From contig CAUYUJ010000198.1 of the NCBI GenBank assembly GCA_963575745.1, positions 62,001 to 116,933 of the forward strand: a stretch of 54,933 bases of DNA, read 5' to 3'. A program made the position numbers and the translations under genes. How positions within the stretch are numbered: the stretch's first letter is position 1; each line of letters opens with the position of its first letter. The stretch is from Prorocentrum cordatum (taxonomy: Eukaryota). Positions 36,565 to 47,534 of this stretch are shown one piece after another. Below the pieces are notes generated by a model, which saw only the letters and a program-made list of their open reading frames with translations, made no database searches and was not told the DNA's origin.

Positions 36565-37833
36565 CTGCCTTGGAGCCCGGCTGGGCCTTCGGGGGTAAAC
36601 ATGCTGCGAGAGGGGGCGTCTTGGGCCGCCCTGGGGCGATCTGGGGCCGCCCTGGGGGAGTTTTCGGGCCACGGCTGGAAAGTAAGACGCGCGCGTGCGC
36701 CATATTTTCAGCGATGTTCCATCGTGGCTGTGGGAGGGAACAAAGAACCCCCAGAGCTTTCTAAGGGGTCTGCCATGAGACGTCTCTCAGAAACGGTTCT
36801 GGGGGTGTCTTGAGGTCTCTCGGGGACCTCCTGGGGCCTTCTTTTGGCCTCTTGGGGACCTCCTGGGGCTTCTGGGGGGCCTCTTGGGGGCCTGCTGGCG
36901 GTCTCGGGGGTCATTTTGGGACAGAGGGCGCGGAATGTCAGGTCGAGTTCCCCTTCTTGGGGCCCTTTTGGGCTGTCATGGGGGTCGCTTGGGCGGTTTG
37001 GAAGCCTTCTTGGGTCGTCTGGGGAACCCTCCTGAGGGCATGTGAAGCCATGTTCGGGCGATCTTGGAGGCCTATTGGGCCGTCTTTGAGCGTCGGGAGC
37101 CCGAAAAAGCGAGAACGCTAGAAGCATTGAACAACATGGTAAACAGTAATTTGTTTTGCCTCCTGGAGGTCCTCATGAAGCCCTCTTTGGCCGTCTTAGC
37201 GGCCTCTTGGGCCGTCTTGGGGGTCGCTTGGGCGACTTTTGAGCCCTCTTGGGCCGTCTGGGGGCCCTCTTGAGGGCCTGTTGGGCTGTGTTGGGGCGAT
37301 CTTGGGGGCCTCTTGGGCATTCTTGGAGCGTCGGAATCCCGAGAAGGCGAGAATGCTAACACCATTGAACAACCTTAGGAATCCTAGCGCGTTTTGCCTC
37401 TTCGAGGTTCTCTTGGAGCCCTCTTGGGGCGTCGTAGGGGCCCCTTTGGCCGTCTTGGGGGCTGCTTGAGCGGTCTTGGAGCCCTCTTGGGCCGTCCAAG
37501 GGGTCCTCTTGGGGACCTGTCGGGCCGTATCGGGACGATCTTGGGGGCCTCTTGGGACTTCTTGGAGCGCTGGAAGCCGGAAAAAGCAAGAGCGCCCAAA
37601 TCACTGAAACAATGAAGGCAACTCAATGATGTTGGCCTCTCGGGGCCCTCTTGAGGGGCCTCTTGGAGCCCTCTTGGGCCGTCTTGCGGCCCTGTTGGGC
37701 CGTGTGAAGGCCGTGTTGGCGACCTCGCGGGTCGTCTGGAGGCGTCTCGGGCCATCTTGGACCGTCTCGGAGCCCGCCAGGGCCAGCCGGGGGCGATTCT
37801 CGCACGCGCCGATGCCGACCATATGGAGTAGAA

Positions 37834-37937
37834 GTCGTCGGGCTCGAGCTTTGACTCCCACATCTCACGGAGCAACCCCAGCGCCCGCTGCCACTGCTCT
37901 CCCTTCTCGCACGCGCTGATCCCTGCGTTGTAGCTAA
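37834..37937 (-). pseudogene. PPR fragment, 1 motif
   Basis: SYNAGISACEKGEQWQRALGLLREMWESKLEPDD. Confidence 0.9.
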
Positions 37938-37966
37938 CTAGGGCGAACCCGTGGACTTCGTCCACG
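37938..37966 (-). mobile_element. Helitron-like 3' terminus (hairpin + CTAG|T)
   Basis: CGTGGAC-GAA-GTCCACG GGTTCGCC CTAG|TTAGCTACAAC. Confidence 0.7.
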
Positions 37967-39033
37967 ACCAGCAAGTCCCCCTGGCGCGCCTCCACGTTGG
38001 GTCCCCGCCCAGGAAGAAGTCACCCCGAAGCCTTCGGTGACTTTTTCAGGCCGCCTTTCCGAAGTTGGATGGCGGGCGTTTCCTCCTCTTCGTCCGCCTT
38101 CCGCTCCACGTCCGCCTGGACAGCAATCGAAGCGTCACAGACGGCTATGGTGGGTCTGCGGTGTGCCTGTCGCCGCTTGCCTGCTCCCCCTGGTTTGAAC
38201 AATGTTGAAAGTACCTGGGGCCTAGAAAAAAGTCACCGCTCGCTCTTGGGAGCTGTGCCTGGGAGAGCTCTACGCTGCGGCTCGCTCTTGGGAGCCTTGG
38301 TGAGAAGAGCCTTGTACTTTACCGATCGCGTTTTTAATGGGCGTCTCTGGGCCTGCTTGGTGGTCCTTGTGGGTGTCTTTTTCGAGCCATTCTGATGCTT
38401 TTTGGGGCTGCTCTGGGAGCGTTTTGGGACGTCTCGGGGCCATTTTGGGCCGTCACGGGGCGTCCGTGAGGCCTTGGACCGTCTTGGAGCTCTCGTGGGG
38501 CTGCCTGAGGCTGCCTTGAGGGCCTCTTAAAGCCCCTCGGAGCTCTCTTCAGGCCGTCTTGGGGTTCTGTGAGGCCGCTTCAGGGCTCTCTGGCGTCGTC
38601 TTGGAGCTCTTGTGGGCCGTCTTGGAGCCCTCTTAGGGGCCGCTGGCGTCTTCTTGGGGCGATTTGGGAGGCCTCTTGGCGTGTCCTGGGCCGCTGAGGA
38701 GCACACAAGGCGGGCATGCTGAAAATATACGTTTTCCTATAAGAATTTGACGATTTGTGCCTCTTTGGCGTGCGCTCGGGGCCCTCTTGGGGCGTCTTTG
38801 CGGCCTCTTGGATCGTCGTGGAGCCCCCCCGGAAGGCTTCGGGCCCTCGTGGGCCGTCTCGGGACCCACTGAGGCCGTCTTGAAGCGCTCTTAGAAAGTC
38901 TGAGAACCCCTCTGGAGCGCCTCTGGGACCGGCCTGAGCGATTCGGCCCCGTGGTGGCGCCGTAAAGGGGCGACTTTGTCCACTTGAGGCCCTGGGCTTC
39001 TCGCACGCGCTTCCACCGGCCATGTAGGAGAGA

Positions 39034-39060
39034 CTAGTTTGCTCGGGCTAGCAGTCGAGC
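39034..39060 (-). mobile_element. Helitron-like 3' terminus with an unrelated hairpin sequence
   Basis: GCTCG-ACTGCTAGCC-CGAGC AAA CTAG|TCTC TCC TAC ATG GCC GGT GGA AGC GCG TGC GAG AAG. Confidence 0.5.
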
Positions 39061-39589
39061 GCGCAACAGAGAATAGTGACAACTGGCGGTCGCATAGACT
39101 CCAGGAATCTGCACTGATCGCGCTGGTCCCATACGACTCGGGGCACAGACTGCGGAGAATCGAAATTAATCCTTTGGCGCTCTCGGGGCAAGCTTGTGTC
39201 CTGCTCGTGGTCTGAGTGTGGCCCTCTTGAGCTTTCTTGGGGCCCTGGTGGGCCTTCTTGGTGCTACCTGGGCGTTTCTTAAAGTTTCAGAGTGGCAATG
39301 TTTGGGGCGTGAGGGCAGGTTGGGGAGCTCTTGGGAGGCCATGATGGGGCGGTCTCGGGCCATCGTGGAGACAGCTCTGGGCTGGCTTGGAGGCCAGACA
39401 ATGGAGTCCCAGGACATCTTGGGAGCGTATGAAGCCCTCTTGAAGCCTCTTGGAGCCTCCCTGGCGCTGTCACAAACATGGGGACCCCATCTGAAAACAC
39501 TCTTGCGAGCGAAGACTAATATAGCTAGATGCACTGAGCACAACGTCTTCGCCAGCATGGATCGCAGACAGTGAAGTAGTCCACTGTAC

Positions 39590-39985
39590 ATGTGTATTGT
39601 CTGTGGTGTAATATGTGTGGTGTAAACTATGCGATGCAAGCTATGTGTTGCTAGCTACGTGGTGTGAGACATGCGGTGAACGCTGTGGTGAAGCTAGGGC
39701 TTGCTGTGTGTGTATGTGTATAATATTATGTGTCGCCAGCCCTAGGGTGCAGGCTGCGAGGTGCAAGCCATGTGGTGTGTGCTAGATGGTGTAAGATATG
39801 CGGTGCCATACGTGTAGTGCAAGCTCTGTGGTGTAAGCTGTGGCGGCATGAGCTATGCGGTGTAAGATATGCTGCGGAAGCTTTGTGGCGAAAGCTATGT
39901 GGTGCAAACCAGGTGTTGCAATCCAGGCGGTGCAAGTTTTGTCGTGCAAGCTACAGGGTGCAAGCTATGCAGTGCAAGCTAGGTA
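39590..39985. repeat. Degenerate ~15-bp minisatellite (GTGGTGCAAGCTAT-like); related inverted tract at 48250-48500
   Basis: Recurrent TGCAAGCT/GTAAGCT/GCTATG units. Confidence 0.75.
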
Positions 39986-41999
39986 GTGGCTACGTGATGC
40001 AACCCATACACATGTATGTGCATATGTGCATATACGCATGTATATACATATATAACATATGCACTATAAGTACATACATACATATAGGATTTCTAGAAAA
40101 ACGCACGCGCTTCGCGCGCTCACGTTCTAGCCAGGCAGCCAGGCCGGAGATGCTAACTCTTGAAAGGGTTGTCGTTGGGCGATATTGGACATTTCTAAAG
40201 CCGTCCGAAGGATGTGCCAAACAGGTGGCAGGTCCCACGACCTCAGGCCAAGAACGCTCCAAGACGGCCCAAGATTGCTTCAAGATGGCACGACCGGTTC
40301 GCAAGACTTCCCAAGAGCGCTTCAAGACAGCCCAATGTCGCCTCAAGACGGCCCAGAAGATCTCAAAGGGGGCCCTCGAGAGGGCCTCCAGAAAGAATTG
40401 TTCACACATCCTTTTTGGAGAACGTGCGTTTGTAGCATGCCTACTCGCCTTTTGTCTCCAAGAAGGCCGCGAGGCAGTAAGAACATCCGACGATGGGCCA
40501 GGAGGCTCCCAAGCGCGATAAGCCCCTAAGAGGCCCCTAGGAATCCCCAAGAAGGCCCAAAACGCCTCCAAAGGAGCCCCCCAAGAGGCCTGCAGAGGCC
40601 CCAAGATACTCCCAAGCGGCCCCCAAGAGGCCCCCAAGAAGCCTCCACGAAATCCCAAGGTGCCGCAAGAAATGTCCAAGAAGCTCTGGGTCCCAGGACA
40701 CTTCCAAGAGGTCCGAAGAGGCTCCAAGAGGCCCCCCCAAAGGCCACCAAGAGGCCCCAAGGAGGCTCAAAATGCGTCCTGGAGACTCCCGAGAGGCCTC
40801 CCAAGAGACCCATCGAAGACTCCTAAAGAAGCCTCTTATCCAAGACCCTGTTTGGCCCCAGGGACGCCCCAATAACCCATCGAGAGGCTTCCTCCTCCTC
40901 CTCCTCCTCCTCCTCCTCCTCCTCCTCCTCCTCCTCTTCTTACATCTATTACTCCTCATCGTCTCCCTCTCCTCATCATCCTCTCCTCCTTCTCATTTCT
41001 CTTCTCCTCCGCCCGCCAAGTGACGGAACCAACTACCGCCGCCATACAATTTCCCAATCGCCACGAACACACAAAACAGGAGTACAATACTGGCGGACAG
41101 AATGAACGAAGCGATTGAATAATCGTCAGACGCGGCACGACTGCAGGAAAGTCCCGGCGGCGCGCGGACGCTTCAGTGCGGATCGGTGACTCGGGCGGAC
41201 GCGGTGTCACGGTGACGTCGACAACGGCAGAAGCGATGATGGCAGTAGCAATGACGGTTACGATGATGGCGATGAAGACGTCAAGGCCAATGTCGGCGCC
41301 GATGTTGGTCACGCCGGTGACGCTGATGAAGTTCATGTGCCGCTGATGAAAGTCTTAACAAGACTTCGACATGACGTGCGGCCGCCGCGCGCGAGTGGCC
41401 CGCATGGTATTATGTGGCAGGTAGGGTGCCCCCCCAGCAAGCGTGCCAGGGCGTCCGGATGATTTCGACACGCGCACGCGAGAGGCCCGCGCGTGATTAT
41501 TTGACGAAGATGCCTAACAACCGATCGTTGCCCAAGTGCTCGAAAGAGCGCGCGCGCAGATGGTTGAAATATGAGGATGAAGCACAGTTCTGTTTTAACA
41601 TGTGGTCGGTAACCTCGACTTTGAAATCCGTCCGAAACCTAAGGTTTTGGATAAATAGCGACATGCGCGCGATCACGCGCGCGTGGACTTTGTCCAATTG
41701 GTTTGCAAGTGCTTCTTTTAAAACGTTGTTCTGATTACACCAGAGGAAAATCAGATCAATGAATTTATGCTTTTGTTTCGCAGGTGCTTCGATCGGCCTT
41801 CATCCCGTCCTAGTCTAGTTCGAATGTACGTTATAGTTCAGTCTACTTATTTTATGTTCCTCTCTCTCTCTTTTCTCTGTTTCGTTTTCTCTCTCCTTCT
41901 CTTTCCCTCTCTCTCTCTTTCTGTCTCCCGTGGTGTCCTGTGGCGGGGGGGGGGGCTTCCGTGCTATGCTATATGCTATATAATATGTTGTGTCATGCC

Positions 42000-42690
42000 A
42001 GCGATAGTGACATCGCTAGTGCTATCGATAGTGAGGTCCACTGAGTGAGATCGAAAGTGACATCGAGCGTAAGATAGATACTTAGTGAGATCGATATTGA
42101 TGTTGGCAGTGATGTCAATTGAATGAGTTCGATTGCGAGATCGACAATGGGATCGATAGCGAGATCGATAGTGAGACCGATAGTGACATCGATAGGATGA
42201 GATCGATAGTGAGATCGGTCGTGAGCATGGATCGTGTGCTCGATAGTGACATCGATAGTGAGATCGATTGGGTGGCATGGCCAGTGAGATCGATCAAGAG
42301 GTCGGCTGTGGTATCGAAATGGCGATCAATCGTGATTTCCATCGTGAGATCGATTGAGTGACATGGATAGTGAGATCGATGGTGAAATCAAGAGTGGCAT
42401 CGATAAATCGATGGTGAGGTCCATCGTGAGATCGGTAGTGCGATCGATAGTGAGATCGATAGTGATACCAACAATGATACCGATCGTGAGACCGATCGTG
42501 AGAACAATCGTGAGATCGATCGTGAGACCGATAGTGAGATCGACAGTGAGATCGACTGTGAGATCGATAGGGGTACCACTAATGATATCGATCGCGAGAT
42601 CGATCGAGTGACATGAACTGTGCGAGCGATAGTGAGCTTGATAGTGATATCGAATAAATGAGATGGATGGTGAGACCAATCGTGAGATCG
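42000..42690. repeat. Degenerate 12-bp GATC-rich minisatellite (GATCGATAGTGA)n
   Basis: Recurrent GTGAGATCGATA; translates as IVRS repeats. Confidence 0.9.
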
Positions 42691-44408
42691 ACCAGGAACC
42701 TGGAACCCCGGAAACAGAAACTTGAACCCTGGGAACCCCGCCGCCAACCGAAATCGGCTCGGAAGCAGCAACTGGGAACCGGGGACCCCGGTACCAAGAA
42801 CCCGGGAATCCGGCCGCCCACCGAAATCGGCCGGGCAATCCTCTCAATCTCCGCTAGGACCCCTTCAGTGCAAGCACTGAATTTTGGGAATAAACGACCG
42901 CGCGCGCACAATACCATTTGACAGGGATGAGGGGTGGGGCGATACGGGGCCTGACTCCCTGGGATGGTATAAGTTCTTACGTGGAGCGAACGATGAGGCA
43001 TAACCATGCGTCAATTGCAATGTCCCAGGGGGCGAAGATAACCCAGGGGGTACTAGTAGAAGCGAAAATCTATGTGATACAATCTATGTTGTGCAGTTTA
43101 CGCGGCGACGGCGTGGCAGGACGGCGACGGCGACGACATAGCCGCCAGACCGCCAGACACGCCCAGACGACGGGAGGCGACGAGGTGGCCACGGGGCGGG
43201 GATGGCGACGACAGAGCCGCCGGACCGCCAGAACGCCCACGCCGTTCGAATAAGAGTGAGGACCCCGTTAGGGCAAGCACTGTTGAGGAATGTATGCATG
43301 TATGGATACATACGCAGCCATCACCACCGCCTCCCGAGGTCCAAGAAAATCGGTAACTCAGGCGGTGGATATGTTTATCCACGTCCGAACTGCAACGAAC
43401 TTCGCGGCAATCCGAAAGGCCAGGTGTGTGTTGCAAAAATCAACACGATAGGCCACCGAAGCCCCTTTGCAACACATTGTATTGTTACCCGTTGCAAGTC
43501 ATCCCCCCTGAACCCCCCCAGGACTCCCGCCAAGGTGCCGACTCACCTCCGTTCACCGCTTCGCACAACGAAAACACACCGAAACCAACGGAACATAAGT
43601 GAGTTCGGCCTCTTGAGCTTGCCAGGGGTCCAAGAGGGCCCCAAGACGGCTCAAAATGGCTTCTGGAGAGTCTCCTGGAGCTTTCGTGGGCTGTCTCGAG
43701 CGTCTCGCGTCTGAAGCTCGGTGGCACCGCCAGAAGCCCCTGGAGGCCCGTCCTGGGGGTGGCTCGGGCCTGTCGCGCGCCGCCCAGACAGCTGTGTTTT
43801 GGGCCTTCCCGCGCCATCTCAGGCGGCCCGAAGGCGCGCCAGGGCCCCGTGACACACATTTGTGGTCGCGGGGGCGCGGCCCCCGGCCCCCCAAGGCACG
43901 GTGAGCCGTCATGTGCACTCACACGCATACGTCGTGCCAATCTTTCAATATATGGTGAAATCTGTGTGTGGTGCAGGCTCTGTGGTGCAAGCAAGGTGTT
44001 GCGATGTGCGGTGCAAGTGTTCATGCAGCCCAGAAGGTGCAAGCGGTGCGACCTCCCACAGGGGCGCCCTCGGGCGGACACCAGGCGAAACCCTGGCAGA
44101 CATACACCCTGCGAAATGCTTAAGAAATCATGGGTTAAGAAATTCATAGTCTCAGAACTTGAATAAAAACCCAGAACTTCTATCAAAATCTTGGGATTTA
44201 CATTCAAAAGTTAAGAATAATCGAGACTCTGGCCGAAACTTTAGGTTTTCTTAAGCATCGCCTAAGGTGTACCCACGGCAGGGTGCGCCCCCGATGTGCC
44301 CACGGGCGGGCACGGGCGGGCACCAGGCGAAACACTGGCGGACCCACACGGCGCACGGCGCACCCACCAGACTCCAACGACCAGCCACCAACCATTCACC
44401 AAGTTCAA

Positions 44409-44606
44409 GGGAGCGTAAGACCCGGGTACGGGGGACTCGGAAATCCCCGACGAGGTCGTCAAAAAAATGACGAGGCCGAGCCTGCATTTTGACGAGGCCT
44501 CCCGCTGCAGACATCCCACGAAACTCCTCCTCGTCAAAATCCGAGGCGCGGTCGTCAAAAAACGATGGCGAACTCGAGTCCCGGCAAACCCGGGTCTTAC
44601 GCTCCC
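44409..44606. mobile_element. MITE-like foldback element (198 bp)
   Basis: Perfect 19-bp terminal inverted repeat GGGAGCGTAAGACCCGGGT / ACCCGGGTCTTACGCTCCC, plus inner GGGACTCG/CGAGTCCC and TTTTGACGAGG/CCTCGTCAAAA pairs. No clear TSD. Confidence 0.5.
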
Positions 44607-45134
44607 CCAGGGGGACCACCCAGCGAGCGGGACGCCCACGAGGCGTCCAGGACTGGCCACCAAGCGGGCAGCAGGCGGAACCTCGGCGGTCGAGTTCGAT
44701 CCCTTGGGTAACTCAAGTGATGAGGACCTCCAAAGGCAAGCATTACGTGGGGAACACACAAACAAAACATTGCCACAACAACGTGGGTCTAAAACATTCG
44801 CCCTTTCGCCAGAGGCCCAACGCCCCAAGTAGCTTTCAAGATTTGGGGCTTCCTGGAGGACCTCCGGGGCTCCTCTTGGGGCCCTGTGGGACTTTCTATG
44901 GAGGCCAGCTTGAAACCCCTTCGGCGACTTGGGGCACTCTTGGAAGCCTGCTGGGCCATCTTGGAGCCCCTTCGCGGAGCACTTGGACCGTCCGAAGGCG
45001 CTCCTACGGGTCTCTCTGGGGTCTCGTGGGGGATCCCAGGCGCTTCTGCGACCGGCTGTGGACCCCTCGGAGCTGGAGGTACCCGTCGTCAGTCGTCAAC
45101 CCCGCGAGCGCTTCAGCTGGTATTTTGGAGGAGA

Positions 45135-45240
45135 TGCCGTCGGGCTCCAGCTTCGCCTCCAACATTTCGCGAAGCAGCCCCAGCGCCCGCTGCCACTGCT
45201 CGCCCTTTCCGCACGCGCTAATCCCGGCGTTGTAGCTGAT
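45135..45240 (-). pseudogene. PPR fragment, 1 motif
   Basis: ISYNAGISACGKGEQWQRALGLLREMLEAKLEPDG. Confidence 0.9.
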
Positions 45241-45242
45241 GG

Positions 45243-45272
45243 CTAGGGCTGACCCGTGGCCTACCAGCCACG
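45243..45272 (-). mobile_element. Helitron-like 3' terminus
   Basis: CGTGGC-TGGTAG-GCCACG GGTCAGCC CTAG|CCATCAGCTACAAC. Confidence 0.6.
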
Positions 45273-45929
45273 AAACGAGTCCGAGATGGCACATTGGACC
45301 AGGGCACAGGTTTTGCCAAAAGGCTTTCGTGATAGCGTTGGGCCCGAACTTCACCTCTTCTTTTGATGCCTGCAGCTGCAGGCTGCTGCTGCCTGCGGCA
45401 AGTTGCTGTTGCTGCCCACTTTTGCTGTGCTGCCGATGCTCGCCATTGCTCGGACGTCCATTCCCCGTACATGTTTCGATGTTGCTCGTGTGTGTTTTGT
45501 GCCAAGATGCCCTGAGAGGCTCCTCGATGGTCTTCGCCGAAAAGAAATGCACACGTCCGAACGATGCCAAGTTGTTCGCTGCTGCTGCTTGAAGCTGCAG
45601 GGTGCCGTTTCTAGGTGCCCCTCTTAGATGGCGCAGCCGCCTGCAGCTCGTGGAATGTAGCGACGAGCGGAGGCAAGGAACGAGGAGGCAGGGTCGAGGC
45701 AGGGCTCGAGCTATGCAGTCCTTTTCGTTTTCGTTGTGGTTTCGTTTTGTCTTCGTTTTCCTTCGTTCTGTCTGCGTCCGACCTTGGCAACGCAACACTT
45801 TCAAAACGAAGACGGTTGATGATATTGCCCAAACACCGTTTAGCTCGAGCCCTGGGTCGAGGGGGGAGGGTGGGGACCGTGAGGAGCGATGAGCGAGAAG
45901 CACGGAGCGAGAAGGGAGGAACACCAGCC

Positions 45930-45930
<1 letters not shown>

Positions 45931-45965
<35 letters not shown>
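45931..45965. repeat. (GA)n microsatellite
   Basis: Directly visible. Confidence 0.93.
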
Positions 45966-45968
<3 letters not shown>

Positions 45969-46989
45969 AACAAAACAACGCAGAACGAAAACATTGTGTT
46001 GGGGCGGGTGCCTTTCCGGGCCCGCGGGCCACTAGCGGTCGCTGCGCCCGCCTCGTGTGGCGGGGTGTGCCGCTTGTGCGAGCATGGGTGGGGAGACTGC
46101 CTTCCCCCCTGGCGCGGTCTGCAAGGACCTCGACGGGAAGCTAGAGACAGGAGGTGGCGAGAAAGGGCGAAGCTCGCCCCTGCTGCGACGGCTGCGCACA
46201 CGCTCTGGCGTGCGTGCTACGGCGACCAGACCGTGGCGGCGCCACCTTGGGGCATCCGCTCTTGCGCGCGTGCTGGGGTGGCACGATCCGTCTCAACTAA
46301 CACCATGCGATCCACTCTGGCGCGTCTGCCGCGCGCGCATTTTGAATTCCTTCCAAAACCTTCGTCGCCGATGCGAAGACGCCGTCATCGTCGTCGGCGT
46401 GATCAGCATCGGCGCCGTCACTGGCTGCCCCGTCGTCGCTGTCAACATCGCCGCCAGCATCGCTACTATCATCATTGTGTCCACCCTTGTCGACATTTCC
46501 ATGATACCGCGCCCGCCCAAGTCGCCGAGCCGTCGGCTCGCACTGAAGTGCCTGCTGGGATGTGCCGAACGGTCAGCGCTACCGCGTTCGCGTCGGTCGC
46601 GCTGAACTAGCTGGCCGCTGCGCGCGCGAACATGCGCAGGCTAGCGCGACCGCAGAGATGCACCAGCCAACACCAAGCACGCATCGCAATCGCTCACGCA
46701 TGGGTTTTGCAAACCGAGTTGCGGGTGGGTGGGTGGGATGTTTGCGCGAGCAATGGAGTTGTCAACTTCAAACTCGGCAAATGAATTCTCCTTAAAAGAG
46801 AATAGACTCTATCCCACCTCGGACGAATCGGCCCTCCCTGGGATAATATGATTTCATATCTATTCTGCACACTCGTCCATCCTAAACATGAAATCGTACC
46901 ATCCCAGGCAGGCCGGGTTCCCCCCCCTGAGGTTCCCTTGTAAAAAAACATTATGCGGTGACATTTTATGTTCTGACATAACACTTTTT

Positions 46990-47437
46990 CGCGAATCCCT
47001 TGCAACAAGTGGGACGAAGTGCGCACGCGCGCGTCGTCGCGCGCGCATGCCGAAATCCTTCAAAAGCCTTCGGTGCCGGAAAGATTTCGCAATCGAGTTT
47101 CCAAAAAACGTGCAAAAACACCGGGTTTCGCAACACTGATTTGCTAAGAAAGCTTCCGTGCGAGCTCTTGCGAAATCTTAAGAAAACCATGAGTTTTTCA
47201 AGATTTTCACAAAATGCTATCAAACGGGCTTCGCGCGCGCGCACGTCGAAATCTGTCGAACGCCCTTGCGCGTGTGCCGTCGCGAGAATCCTCGGCACAA
47301 AACGGGACGAAGTGCAGACGCGCGCGTCGTCGCGGGCGTATGCCGAAAACATTCAAAACCCATCGGTTTCGGAAGGATTTCAAAATCGTGCGTCCAAGAA
47401 AACATACAACAACCCAAGGTTTCGCAACACGGATTTT
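46990..47437. repeat. Diverged ~150-bp direct repeats (46990-47142 and 47281-47437)
   Basis: Both copies carry GGGACGAAGTGC..ACGCGCGCGTCGTCGCG...GGTTTCGCAACAC.GATTT. Confidence 0.75.
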
Positions 47438-47464
47438 CAATAAAAGCGTGCGCGCGCGCTCTTG

Positions 47465-47496
47465 CGTCGTCGTCGTCGTCGTCGTCGCCGTCCTCC

Positions 47497-47534
<38 letters not shown>

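Noticed and set aside
35621..36703. Poly-H/I/L/S ORFs here and poly-R/V/S ORFs at 47214-48263
   Set aside because: They are translations of trinucleotide microsatellites.
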